Shown: positions 38,779 to 50,665 of the stretch, one piece after another
How positions within the stretch are numbered: the first letter of the stretch is position 1
Layout of the letters: each line of letters opens with the position of its first letter
NCBI GenBank assembly: GCA_001599295.1
Contig: BCGN01000006.1
Span: 620,001-684,000 of the forward strand
Direction of reading: 5' to 3'
Source of the DNA: Sporopachydermia quercuum
Lineage: Eukaryota
Length of the DNA: 64,000 bases
Notes under the pieces: model-generated
What the model saw: only the letters and a program-made list of their open reading frames with translations
Databases searched by the model: none
Told to the model about the DNA's origin: nothing
Position numbers and translations under genes: made by a program

Positions 38779-40196
38779 TGAAGTGATTGCATATAATAAC
38801 AAGCAATGAAAATTAGTGTTAGAAGCAAAGAGGAGATATGGTGAATAAATGTGTAGCCGTGTGTAATTGATCGTGAGGGAATGTGGATTAAGCTAGGCCG
38901 TGAGGAAAACAAAAGACGACGGAATAGAGATTAGAAACTGCTGATTATGATATATGAGATATGATATATAATATATATTATATATTATATGTTGTATAGG
39001 ATTCTAGTACTAATTATATACTTGGAAATACCAATTATTGATGTAGTAATTGAATGAAATTGAACTAGCAGGACCATATACTACTTTCATCCACCATAAC
39101 AAAGATGTCTTAACACCTTGTAGCGATAAATAATATATGTAAGCGAGAGAACTATAGCTCCAAATTCTACTCTTACCAACTAACGCAAATTGCTGTCTTC
39201 TTATACAACCAAACAATAAATAAATCAACCGGACAAACTCAGAGCCTTTATTTGGATTATGAATAACAACACACGCTCATCATGGCAAGCATTCGATCTC
39301 TAAGCAGTCGATCAACATCAACATCAACATCAACAAACATTACATGCTTTCTTTCTATGCATATTTAAAGTTGCCATGCACCTTTTTTCTATCCTGCGTA
39401 GAATTTTCTCTTTTACGTGTACATACTTAATCTCCATTTATACATCAACACACAGAAAAACTAAAAAATCTCTTCTTTCTCAAGTGCTACGTTACATATG
39501 AAAGAAGGCTGGTTTTATATTATTATATCTAGTATTGACATATAAGTAATCAACAAACACGTTTGCAGTTACAAATCTATGAGAATAAAACGTGAATTGG
39601 GATCAATACAACGTTTGGTTATTTTCGGTAGCGCAATATTATGGGTGATAGAATTTAGAGGATTGCAAGCACTGTTTACAATTCAAGTGATCATAGATGG
39701 ATTCATGTTAGTGACAGTTTATCAGGAGAAATAACAATATAATATAAGAGAATAATATTATTGATATTTCAGCACTTGTGGATTGTTCTGCGATTAAAAG
39801 CCGCTTGTTAGATATTAATACAACTATAACAAAGTTTTCGTTTAATGCTTGCTTTGAAATCTTAGCACCTGAGAAACTCTCTACGAAGACGCAAGAGAAC
39901 GATAGTTCATGATACCGAAATTATCGCATACTTCAGCAATATATATATGAATCATCACACAACTATTTATGGAATTTAGCAAGGCGGTTATTTATTGAGT
40001 CTTGAAGTGTTTTTCTGTATTAAAATCTAGTGTAGATGACAACAATTATCATCAATTGGGTTGACAGAGAGAAATGATTTATTAAATATCGAAACAGTTA
40101 TTTTTATCGTATTTCAGAACAATATCTAAATTCGACAAAAGTGCATAGTTAGACTCAAGACTCAACAAACAAGAAACAAGCAAATAACAACTTACA

Positions 40197-41741
40197 ATGA
40201 GCTCTTTTGTCTCTACTCTCAAAGTGGTGTTCTCCGCATTATATTTGCTACTAATTCTGTTGACTATTCCTTTGGCATTTGATGCAGGAAGCGAAGACTG
40301 TGGATTAGCCTTCACATTTACGTTGATAGTGTTTTATTTTCTAATGACAAGTCTTAGATATGTCAGTAGAAATACTGGCTTCACATACACTGCGCACTTT
40401 TTTTACTACCTGCAGCATATCATCATTCCTTCATTATTGGTAGTCCATATTCAAATATTCTCAAGCGGGAACATACCTGCTATTTGGCTGAAAATTATTC
40501 AGCCATGGAAGTTCATGATGACCAATGCTACACCGTTTTTTACTATATTAGATGGCATTTGCTCTTTATTGACCATCCAAGCTTTGGGACATATGTCCAA
40601 ATGGCTCATTAGAGATAAAGCTAACACTTGGACTATCGCCTTTCTCATCACATCAGCAGGAATTATTTCAGCTTCTTTATATTTCTTATTCAGAGCGTTT
40701 GTTGTTCCTGAAATAACGATCGGCATTGGTTCAGCTATACTACTTGGTTCTATTATTACTTATTGCTGTATTATTGGTATTTATGGAATTGTCTCTGAAC
40801 GAGGCTCAGCATTGGAATCAAGTTTATTGTTTGCTTATATTGTTCGCTGTATTTACGAAACGTTCCCTGAGCTTGCAGAATCAACATCAGATTCAGTTCG
40901 TTACCTAATTTCCCAAACAACAGCAGCTTTACGACAGGAGATTCTGAATATTCCTATTCTCACAGATTTGAACAGAAGTATCAATGGTAACTACTACAAC
41001 TCTGACAGTTTTCTTAGCCAATCAGTGAGATTACTTTACTCGAACATATCAACTAATGTTCCCTATTCCTTTTCCACCGTTTATAACTTTCTACTGGTTG
41101 CTACTAACAAAGTAACAATACCAGTGATATTCAATCTTGCGTATCGTGTTGGAGTGTTTTACTGTGCTACAAGAATCATCCCTGCTATCCAATCATCATC
41201 GAGCCATGTATCAGTTCCTCATAACTCATCAGACGATGAGGCAAGCGAAAGTAGTGCCAACGAAAGAACCGTGAAAGCCTCAGGGCTGAGTATCAACATA
41301 TCTGGTTCTAACTCATTGAAATCCTCCAGCTCGCGGGTCTCTACTTCGCGTTCTCGTTCTCGAAGAAGAAGGAAGTCCAGGCATAGAAACTCCAATCGTA
41401 TGTTAGAGATACTGTATGCCTATGCACCATGTATAATTATAGCAGTTTACACACACTATATGATGCAACATGCAGGACTTCTACAGAAAGATATGAGGAT
41501 ATGGGGATGGTGGAATAACGAGAAGAATGTTGAAAACTATCTCACTCTGTTCGATAAAAGTAATCTGTATAATAGTTTGGGATCTGGGCAATTTGGATGG
41601 CGCACAGTAGTGTTGGTTCATGCATGGGAATTTTGGAATTGGGTTAATATGGTAACAATGTTAGCTCTTTATACAAGTGAACTTATTGCTCAAGGGAATA
41701 ATTATCAAGAACCTTTGTCAGTTCATTGGAAGAGTGATTGA
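40197..41741 (+). CDS. ICE2: ER membrane protein ICE2
   Basis: IPLAFDAG..CGLAFT, YYLQHIIIPSLL, ESSLLFAYIVRCIY, LAYRVGVFY, FWNWVNM; multiple TM segments. Confidence 0.88.
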   Translation: MSSFVSTLKVVFSALYLLLILLTIPLAFDAGSEDCGLAFTFTLIVFYFLMTSLRYVSRNTGFTYTAHFFYYLQHIIIPSLLVVHIQIFSSGNIPAIWLKIIQPWKFMMTNATPFFTILDGICSLLTIQALGHMSKWLIRDKANTWTIAFLITSAGIISASLYFLFRAFVVPEITIGIGSAILLGSIITYCCIIGIYGIVSERGSALESSLLFAYIVRCIYETFPELAESTSDSVRYLISQTTAALRQEILNIPILTDLNRSINGNYYNSDSFLSQSVRLLYSNISTNVPYSFSTVYNFLLVATNKVTIPVIFNLAYRVGVFYCATRIIPAIQSSSSHVSVPHNSSDDEASESSANERTVKASGLSINISGSNSLKSSSSRVSTSRSRSRRRRKSRHRNSNRMLEILYAYAPCIIIAVYTHYMMQHAGLLQKDMRIWGWWNNEKNVENYLTLFDKSNLYNSLGSGQFGWRTVVLVHAWEFWNWVNMVTMLALYTSELIAQGNNYQEPLSVHWKSD

Positions 41742-42473
41742 CCAAAGGTATTTTGATGGACGTGTATTATAGTATTTAGATAGGTATTAATAATTTTTAT
41801 AATGGGAACTGTCCTGTAGAAAGTAGATTGAAATGTCTATGAGGTGTTTGATTAACAAATAGTGCGGCCATCACAAACAACTTACGAGATTCAACTTCTA
41901 AGATTCAACTATTTTACGCTGATTGACTCCCTGATTGCTCTGCTGGGAAGGACAATCACCATCCAGTTAAGCAGCTCTTGGTATTTGCTTAATAAATATT
42001 TTCGCAAGTTATACATACTTTTTAGACAACACATTGCACTAGATCAGATAGTTTCAATAAATGTTCTCTACATTTCTTATATGTAAACTTCAACGCATCA
42101 ACAAGCCCAACGACTTTTCTTTATTAATAGCTGCATTTACAATCTAACGTCTCTCCTATTTCTCAAACCAATCTAAGTCCTTGTTTGATCAGAAAAAATT
42201 ATGCAATTCTCGTCGTTGTTAAAACTCTGAGCTTGACTCTATGTTGCTTAGTTATTTCATCATGTTAAAACAAAAGAACATGAAAGGTTATCAGAATTAT
42301 ACAACCGTCATTCGAAAGTAAGCTATATAGTTGATCCAGTGAGAACGCGATTGATTCCTTCCATCCTACGCAATTTTAAACTTTTAACCATTAAAGCGAA
42401 CTGAACCCGGCATATTTGACTATGCATCTTCCCCCCAAAGGACGGACTCGAAAAAAAAAATGGAAAAAAGTGG

Positions 42474-42799
42474 TTCATAGGATAAAAGTAAGCTCCATTG
42501 AGGTATCAACCCTAAATAAACAGGAAGATAATTGCATAACTATCGTCTAGAAAGATGTATGTAAGCAAGCTTACAGTTTCATTCCATCGTCGAAATAGTT
42601 AAAGGATGATTGCTCATCAACAGAAATGATCAACACATTACATCAAGAGGATTTGGATTGACCAAATCTATTCTGAGGTTAGCATCTCAGAGCGTTTCCG
42701 CTTTTTGACCGGAGACTTTCCCCAAAGCTTAGAATGACAAACAGATTAGATCTATTCGTCCTTTTGAAGGCTTTGTAACAATTCTTCTACCCTTATGAT
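42474..42799 (-). ncRNA. NME1: RNase MRP RNA
   Basis: Minus strand has CR-I GAAAGUCUCC (42720-42711), P8 GCG-GAAA-CGC, CR-IV AUAGUUA and CR-V ACCUCAAUGGAGCUUA (42504-42489) forming P4. Ends UCAUAAGGGUAGAAG / CUUUUAUCCUAUGA form P1; a U-rich tract follows. Confidence 0.9.
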
Positions 42800-43246
42800 A
42801 AAGAATTATAATAGGACTTCTTATGTGAGTACTGATAGCTGTTATAAAGAAAAGGAAAAGGATAAAGAGAATTGGCATATAAATAGCACTAAAAGAAAAA
42901 TTTGTTTGTGGACAAACAGAATACTGAACGGAAGTTTAGTTTAGTTTACGGTAAAATGTCCGCTAATGTTTTGTGGCTAGGAACACTGGACAAAGGAGGA
43001 AATAGCAGCTGATTATGTAATCTGAATAGTATCATTGCTTTCAACATCTACATAATTCTCTAAAGATAATGCGATAGTGGTTAATCAATAGCATGAGGAA
43101 GGGGAGAAAGTTTAGCTTTGAAATGCTTGGTAAGAATATGTTTATTTGGTAAACAAGACAGTCTGATAACTGGAGATTTATTAGATGTAAACAGTGCTCG
43201 GAAGATTTGTTGAATAATGGATAGAATGTTGATTGAAGAATAGAAA

Positions 43247-44417
43247 ATGGTAAGTAATCTAGGTAGACTGTGGATGGATGACTTGATCGATTAGAAAAGA
43301 TAATAATGGAGAATTCTTATCTACCGGTACTAACAGATGTCAGGCGGCGAACTATTGGAATTCGAGTCAACGACACAAATGGCAATGTACCAGAGAAACG
43401 CTGGAAGAGCTGCGAAGTAAAACTTTGGAAATGGAGTATAGGCTATACAGAAGTGAATCGGCATTAAGTAAGAATGAGAAGCAGGGATTAAAAGAACAAA
43501 TGGGCTTCAGAGGAGCTGTTGGAGATTATAACGGAGCATCAATGTTGAGAGGGAATGATCATAAATCCGGTGCAAATCCGAGAATGCATAAATCGATACA
43601 GACAACTGAACGGATACTGAACGAGCTACACTATGATACATCTATGAGGATATATATACATAATCTGATAACAGCCTTGGGTAGACAGCTGAGAGTGAGA
43701 CAAAGAGCAATTGCAACAGCAGAAACATATTTATTGCGCTTTTTCACCAAAGCATCAATTCTAGAAGTTAATATATACATACTAGTTACAGCAGCATTAT
43801 ATTTGGCATGCAAGATAGAAGAATGTCCGCTTCATATAAGAGGAATAGCACTGGAAGCAAGAAACATGTGGCCACATCATATCTCAAATGATATATCAAG
43901 AATTGCTGAGTTTGAATTTTACCTGATTGAAGAAATGGATAGTTACCTGATAGTTTATCATCCTTATGAGCCGCTGAAACAAATAACCAAGGTTTTGTCT
44001 AAACTACCATCAACACAATCAATAATAGTACAACCAGACGAATTACATACAAGCTGGAGTATGATCAACGATATTTACATAACGGATTTGATTTTGCTAA
44101 TGCCACCTCATATCATAGCTATTGCATGTCTCTACATGACAATGGCATTGAAATCTACGTCCACTGCTAACTTCCAACAACAATCGGCCATGGTCATGCA
44201 AGGAATAAAAGCGGTGACTATATCTGGGAACATGGAAACTAATCGTGATGAACGACTGGCTCGTTTGATCAACTTCTTAGCAGTGTCAAATATCAATTTA
44301 AATGAATTAGTTGAGTGTATTCAAGAGATCATTTCTCTATATGAATACTGGGATAAGTTTGATGAGGTGAAGACCAAAACAATAATTAACTTGTTCTACG
44401 TGAAAAACTCTGCATAG
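43247..44417 (+). CDS. SSN8: Cyclin C (Mediator kinase module); exon 1 is ATG only (43247-43249), intron 43250-43343
   Basis: Spliced MAANYWNSSQR start; RQRAIATAETY, ALYLACKIEECP, EFEFYLIEEMDSYLIVYHPY. Confidence 0.92.
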
Positions 44418-46941
44418 ACTGACTCCCATGTATAAAAAATAATGACATAGTGTTAACGACTTAATAACATTTAATAACAATTAATGCCTTTTCTTTTATA
44501 GGACATTAGAAACAAAAATGTAAAGTCTTATTAACAAATCGATCCATACCATTCTGCTGGAAGAGAGCTAATTTTGATTACATAATCTAAAAGGTTAGAT
44601 TCACTATTTGCCTTATAATGTAAACCGTTACAACTTTCCCCATAAATATAAATAGTATAATTTCATCTTCTTGTTCTCATTCATTGCTTCAATAGGAAAT
44701 TAGATTTCCCTAACAATTCAAACTTTTGGGCTGGCCAAGTCAAGTGGCATTGTTGTTGGTCGAAAACGTTTCTGATATGAATAAGAGAAATTAGAATAAG
44801 AGAAATTAGTAGGTTGGTATTGCCTACATATATTATTGATTGTAAGCAACTTGATAGTTTTGTTTCTCGTTTGCTTATACGCCAGAACTCACGTAGTAAG
44901 ACCAGAGAGTTCAACTATCTAGTGGGAAACAGTTAGTTTGAGAGGTATTACATGTTCAGATAGAAATATGAACGATAAATAGAAGTGATCGCATCGGATC
45001 AGAAGAATAATCTTCCAATTCTCTATGTCGGATTTTTGATTTCGGTTTATCAAATACTAATGCTATAAACTAAAAATAAAATTATCATCACAGCCTTGAT
45101 ATTTTGTCATCAGATACGTGAAAACAATGTTTTGATACTGAGAATTTATTTCATAAGAAGTCCAACTGAACTTCACTGTGAGGTTTAGCTCTCGACTTCT
45201 CTTGAATCGCTAATGATGAGTAGAAGCGGCTCACACTTTTCAACAATTTTCACTGAAAATATAGGCAGCGCATTTGAAGTCGCGGGTTGTTGATAAGTGA
45301 GCACTAGACCTGCTATGGACATAATACTATCACTTGTTGTTAATTGGTATTAAGATAGATAGTTATCATGCACATATCGCATCTCATCATATATCATTAC
45401 TTTCCGATCACTTTTTTTACTTTGCTGTATGTTGAATTATCCACGTTTCTCCTTTCATGCCTCAAATCAAACAAACCAATTAATTGTTCCGTACATTGAT
45501 CCACCTCATATCTGAGTATCTTACTCGCTATTTTTTATTAAGAGAAAGAACAGTTTATCCTAGTTTTACAAGACATATATGTATATCTAATCTTCACAAA
45601 AGCTGTATCAATCACGTTCATGTTTACCTCAAATGTACATTGCCATTCTGGTCTCACTTCTGGCTACAAAGAACTATTCATATTGCTAACTCTCATTGAA
45701 ACTTCTCCAGTCAATCATTTCTACTGTAATATACACATATATTCTTTCCCGTTATTATTTTACAAAATTACTTCTTTCATCATCCTCACATCTCGTTTTG
45801 ATTTCTGTTACATAACCAGTAAAACCCTTCCCAAATACTCCATACTCGTAATCTCAATGTGCAAGCTCATTATTCCAGGTTATTTTTTGTATCCTTGAAG
45901 CTTCATTCTTCCTCTTAGTTCCTTTCATCCTCCATCCCTATATAAAAAATAAAAAATAAAAGAATATCTTGCTTTCCCATCAATTGCCCTTCAAAATTTC
46001 GCTTCGGTGGTCCTTGGTCTACTTCTGACCCACTAAATCTTGTTACTTACGTACACTACACTTGCTGTCCCACAGACTTGTGCTTGTCAGCTACTTTTCG
46101 CGTTTTGTGCAAACCTTAATTGAAAATTCCTGCGACCATTCGAACTCTATTGCGAACTCTTTCACTTAGAAAAATGTCATACTGAAGCATAACTTGTTGA
46201 AATTGAATTAACTTGATTCAACAATAACGAACCGGGCTACGTCAATTAAAAGGAGTGCGTGAGATGGTATTGAACTAGAAAGTCTTGAAAGAAAAATAGA
46301 AAGAATGAAATTCGGACGTTGGTGTTAGAATAGATTAGAAAGAAGTTGAAAATTAATGATAAGTTGATAAAAGGTAAAATAGAGTATAGTAGTATAGTAT
46401 AGACGAAGAGGAAAGAATAGCATTAACTAGAGTGAAAGTAAACAACTGGGGAAATCATTTCAATACATAACGGTGAAGCAACAGATTGGTGAATGATTGA
46501 ATTAGTTGATTGGGCCATTGGTTTGTATAGGTAGTCAACAGTTGTTGGGTGAAGCGAAAAAAAAAAAAGGTACCAGAAAGAATACCAAAATCGTCGCCAA
46601 AGAAAAGGTTGAAAAAGTATCAGAAATTACGTGGCTTCAAAAGAAGATGAGCAGTAATCTGAAGAAAGTACTGTTTCTATCATTATTTCAATCTATTTGA
46701 AGTGCATTTACNCTGTTAGTCAGTCAAAACAAAGGCAAAGCAGAATTACTGTTAGTAGGGAAAATCGCCCATATACCCTTAGTTTTATCAACTACTGAAA
46801 AAGTACTGAATCAATCAACTATAGTCAATAAAAATAGCAATTATACTCAAAACTCGAGGCAGATAAACTAACAGGATTACGAGCACAAATTCAATTGACT
46901 GAAAGCGGAATTTAATCTGTTGAGAACACTAAATTATTATA

Positions 46942-48159
46942 ATGATTGATCAGGATAGAACTAAAGCTTCGGGAGCTGATGTGGGTATTAACCTTGGTGC
47001 TCTCAATATAAGGACGAAATCATCGATTGGATCACCTAAAAACATCAACACTTTCCACAAGCAAAAAGTCCATGAGCGATCTGCAAACTCCGTATCAGGG
47101 AAACTGAAACCTAAATCAAACAATCATAGTAAATTAGGAGTTCTTTTCCTTGGCGAACAAATACAAATTACAAGCTTACTACTATTAGGTCTAATAATAT
47201 TAGACAAGCTTGAACTATTCCCTGAAACGGTTGATAAGTTAAGCCGTTTGCAATATTATGATAAAGAAACTGGTTTATATTTCATAGGAAAGAAGGACCT
47301 CTATTTTGTTGGTACTTGGGTCCTCCGATTGATATTAATTCGAGCAATATGCATGAAATATGTGTTGATACCTTTATCAAGATGGCAAAAGATCAAATCA
47401 ACAAAATCGATCATCAGATTTGCAGAACAGGGATGGTATCTTGTTTACTATGTTATATCATTTTTATCGGGAATGTATTTGTTTATCAATTCCTCGTATT
47501 GGAATAATTTAGATGCATTGTGGCTTGGATGGCCACATTTCCGGTTAACAAAAGAGTTCAAACTGTATTATTTGATTGAAATGAGCATTTGGTTCCAACA
47601 GTTATTTGTTTTAAATATTGAAGAGAGAAGGAAAGATTATTATCAAATGTTTACTCATCATATTGTGACTTGTTCATTATTGATTGGATCGTACTTCTAC
47701 TATTTTTTCCGAATAGGTCATTTAATCCTTGTTATTATGGACTTAGTTGATACTATGCTATCATCTGCTAAAATGCTTAAATACTGTCGCTTTCAAAAAG
47801 CATGTGATACCATGTTTGGTGTGTTTTTTGTTTCTTGGATTGTTCTTCGTCATGGTTGCTATAATTATTTGTTATGGTCAGCAGTATCAGATGCCGATAG
47901 ATTAATGAATAGTAGATGTGAAAATCTGAACTCGACAATTTATGAATCGACACTACAAACGTTTGATTTTATCAAATTGGAAAAACAACCAGTTGTTTCT
48001 TGTTATACAGAAACTACACTTCACATATTCTATTGGTTGCTTGGATTATTACAATTGCTTATGATTGTATGGATGGTGATGATTCTGAGAGTTGCTTTGA
48101 AAGTAGTTACCGGCAATGGAGCTGAAGATGTTAGAAGCGATGAAGAAGATTCGGATTAA
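46942..48159 (+). CDS. Ceramide synthase (TLC/Lag1 family, Bar1/glucosylceramide type)
   Basis: RFAEQGW, Lag1 motif EERRKDYYQMFTHHIVT...MDLVD..LSSAKMLKY, C-terminal AEDVRSDEE. Confidence 0.88.
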   Translation: MIDQDRTKASGADVGINLGALNIRTKSSIGSPKNINTFHKQKVHERSANSVSGKLKPKSNNHSKLGVLFLGEQIQITSLLLLGLIILDKLELFPETVDKLSRLQYYDKETGLYFIGKKDLYFVGTWVLRLILIRAICMKYVLIPLSRWQKIKSTKSIIRFAEQGWYLVYYVISFLSGMYLFINSSYWNNLDALWLGWPHFRLTKEFKLYYLIEMSIWFQQLFVLNIEERRKDYYQMFTHHIVTCSLLIGSYFYYFFRIGHLILVIMDLVDTMLSSAKMLKYCRFQKACDTMFGVFFVSWIVLRHGCYNYLLWSAVSDADRLMNSRCENLNSTIYESTLQTFDFIKLEKQPVVSCYTETTLHIFYWLLGLLQLLMIVWMVMILRVALKVVTGNGAEDVRSDEEDSD

Positions 48160-48409
48160 ATTGATAATAAAAAGATCTTTTTTTCTTTCTTTGTTTACTT
48201 TGTTCATCTTTAGTTTTCTAATCATAACATTATTTTTCCTTTCTCGTTTAATTCTCATGTTACTAGTTACTCTCGTTAGTGTGAAGCATTAGCATAAGGT
48301 CATGGTTGATCATGAAGTATACCAAACACATAATAGTATATCTATCTAATAATAATAAAAAAAGATATCTTCTATTAAGAATAACAGTTTACTAATTATT
48401 GTATGGCTT

Positions 48410-49111
48410 TCAGTTGAAACTATCTTGTAAAAGTCTTAATGTTAAGTTCTTAGGTAGACCTACAACAGAGCTATAATCGCCGAATACTCTTTTCATAAGC
48501 AGTCCGCCAATCGATTGGATTTTATAACCTCCAGCAACAAACCAACCTTCTTGGGTATTCACATATTGTTGAAGTTGATCGTCCGTCCAGTTATCCATTT
48601 CCACGATTGTCTTCTCAACAGCTTTTGATACTTTTTCGATAGTCCCCTGCTCATTTGACTTTATCACTACTACTGCTGTCATTACTATATGTCTACTGAC
48701 AGAATCAGAGTCACCATTAGTAACTACAGCTGAATCAAAAGTTGATTGCTTGATCCTACTTTTATAGATATCTTTCAACATATTAAACTGTTCATTTGGT
48801 CCTCCTGGTTTCTCAAATATTCTCTCCTTACCATCTATTATTCCTACTACCACTGTGTCTGATGATACTATAAGGGTCTTCCTACCATTGTTTCCATATC
48901 TTTTGCTTACCTCTAGAGCTTTCTGATAGGCAGTCTGTAGAACATAAGTATCAGCTTTTTGTTCCTTTGAAAGGTTTTCCTCAAACAACGATGGGAATAT
49001 CGTTGGCTGAATACCCATTTCCTCTAGTATAGCTTTTCGTCTAGGTGACTGAGAAGCAAGTAGAATGTCATACTGAGTTATCTGAGGGATGAATGACTCA
49101 ATGAGAGACAT
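48410..49111 (-). CDS. Maf-like nucleoside triphosphate pyrophosphatase (YOR111W-like)
   Basis: ILLASQSPRR, PSLFEENL, SDTVV, FEKP, AGGYKIQ, GDYSSVVGLP. Confidence 0.88.
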   Translation of the reverse strand: MSLIESFIPQITQYDILLASQSPRRKAILEEMGIQPTIFPSLFEENLSKEQKADTYVLQTAYQKALEVSKRYGNNGRKTLIVSSDTVVVGIIDGKERIFEKPGGPNEQFNMLKDIYKSRIKQSTFDSAVVTNGDSDSVSRHIVMTAVVVIKSNEQGTIEKVSKAVEKTIVEMDNWTDDQLQQYVNTQEGWFVAGGYKIQSIGGLLMKRVFGDYSSVVGLPKNLTLRLLQDSFN

Positions 49112-50665
49112 TTCGAAGAGATTATCGCAGAAATTGCTGTACAGAGATATACGTTGATAGTTGCATATAATAGAATTATATTAAGAAATATTGCTGAGTT
49201 ATTTAGTTGGTTGATATGTTATCTGAAAAGGTATCAATTGATCTGCGTAATAGCTTCTGATACTTATACTGATTCGTACCAAATGACTTCTTAGGTACTA
49301 TCACATCAAGTCAATGTCAACATCTGCAAACATGGTATAATGTCAGTATGAGCAATATCACAATTTCCTCTAATATTCCATTGTCTTTAAACTATATCTT
49401 CCTCTAGAAAGACAATCATAGAGAATATATTTTTATTTCAAGCAGGCAAAAGCTGGTTAATATACTTGATTACCACACGAACATGCATGGTCATGCATTC
49501 GTCTCAAAGTCCAAACTTAATTTTAACTACATCGAGTATTATATGATCTGACCACACTTGTATCATGTTTACTACGCTGTTTCTTTAGATGCTAAAATCA
49601 TGTTTTTTATTATATTCATATTTAATTAATAAAGGTGGGGAACATTTTGATTTATATATATCTGGACGATTATACCAATAAAATAAAGTTTATAAATTAT
49701 GCATATATATTAACTTTAATAATTTGGACATTACTTTGCATAACATTGCATGAACTTGGACACTTTCTTCAGTACATAACATGCGTGGACAAGTTCTCGT
49801 TCTAATCGTCTATTTATATCGAAGAGGATAATCAGCAATAGTCTTATCCAATACTTGAATGAATATTGTGTTGACCCTATCGTGACTTACATGTTTACTG
49901 AGTATTTAATGAAGGATTTGATGATTAAAAACCAAAGTGGGATTCTGGGGGAATGTTAATATGGGGTTTTAGTGCTTTTACGGTAACTTGTGATTTATCA
50001 CGAGAGAGATAATATCATTTCATAAACCTGTCTGTTATCCATATCAATTGACCAATTTGATCTCATCAACTGTCTTGCTATTGCTATAGTTCTATGATAA
50101 ATTGATCAATTAAATGTATACAAATATAAAAGATCCGCTGAACTCTCGTGCTTTATTATCATGATGCTTATAATCTAATAGAACATTTGATTTATCATCA
50201 TAGGTTCATACTTCTTTCACTGAATTGAATACCCATTCAGCTCAGGTGACCTTATCATTGGTAGGTTATCAACTTTGGAACTGATATTTACAATGTCTAC
50301 TCATTTTTGTCCACAAGAAAATACTCCTGGCACTCATTGTACTACAATATCAATAAGTTCGTGGATTCATGTTATTAGTTTATTAGTTAGATCTATCTTA
50401 TTATCCAATAAATTGTTATAAAGCTCAGTCGATGGTAAAAAGTAGATAAACACTACTCATCTGGCTGATCTGATGATATCAAGTAATTCAAATTGGTTGC
50501 CATTATAGTCATTTGGTAGTTAAATAATTAATACCTTGTTGATCATATTAGATGAGAACCCAACTTGACTTGAATTGATTAGATGAGTGTAATTAATATG
50601 TATAGTGTATGATAATTTGTTGTGTAATATTGTGTTGTGTTGCGTTATGTTATGTTACAGCTATA

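Noticed and set aside
44988..45007. Split complementarity (TTCTTC + CGATGCGA) to 5.8S rRNA
   Set aside because: The geometry fits neither C/D nor H/ACA guide rules; likely chance.
45213..45256. Plus-strand ATGATGA...CTGA with TTTCAACAATTT resembling a 25S-complementary guide
   Set aside because: Only ~44 nt between boxes; better explained as PAC and RRPE promoter motifs.
50620..50658. TTGTG/TTATG pentamer run; also (ATCAAC)n at ~39311 and (TTC)n at ~57503
   Set aside because: Ordinary microsatellites or a poly-Glu coding tract, with no repeat-spacer array structure.
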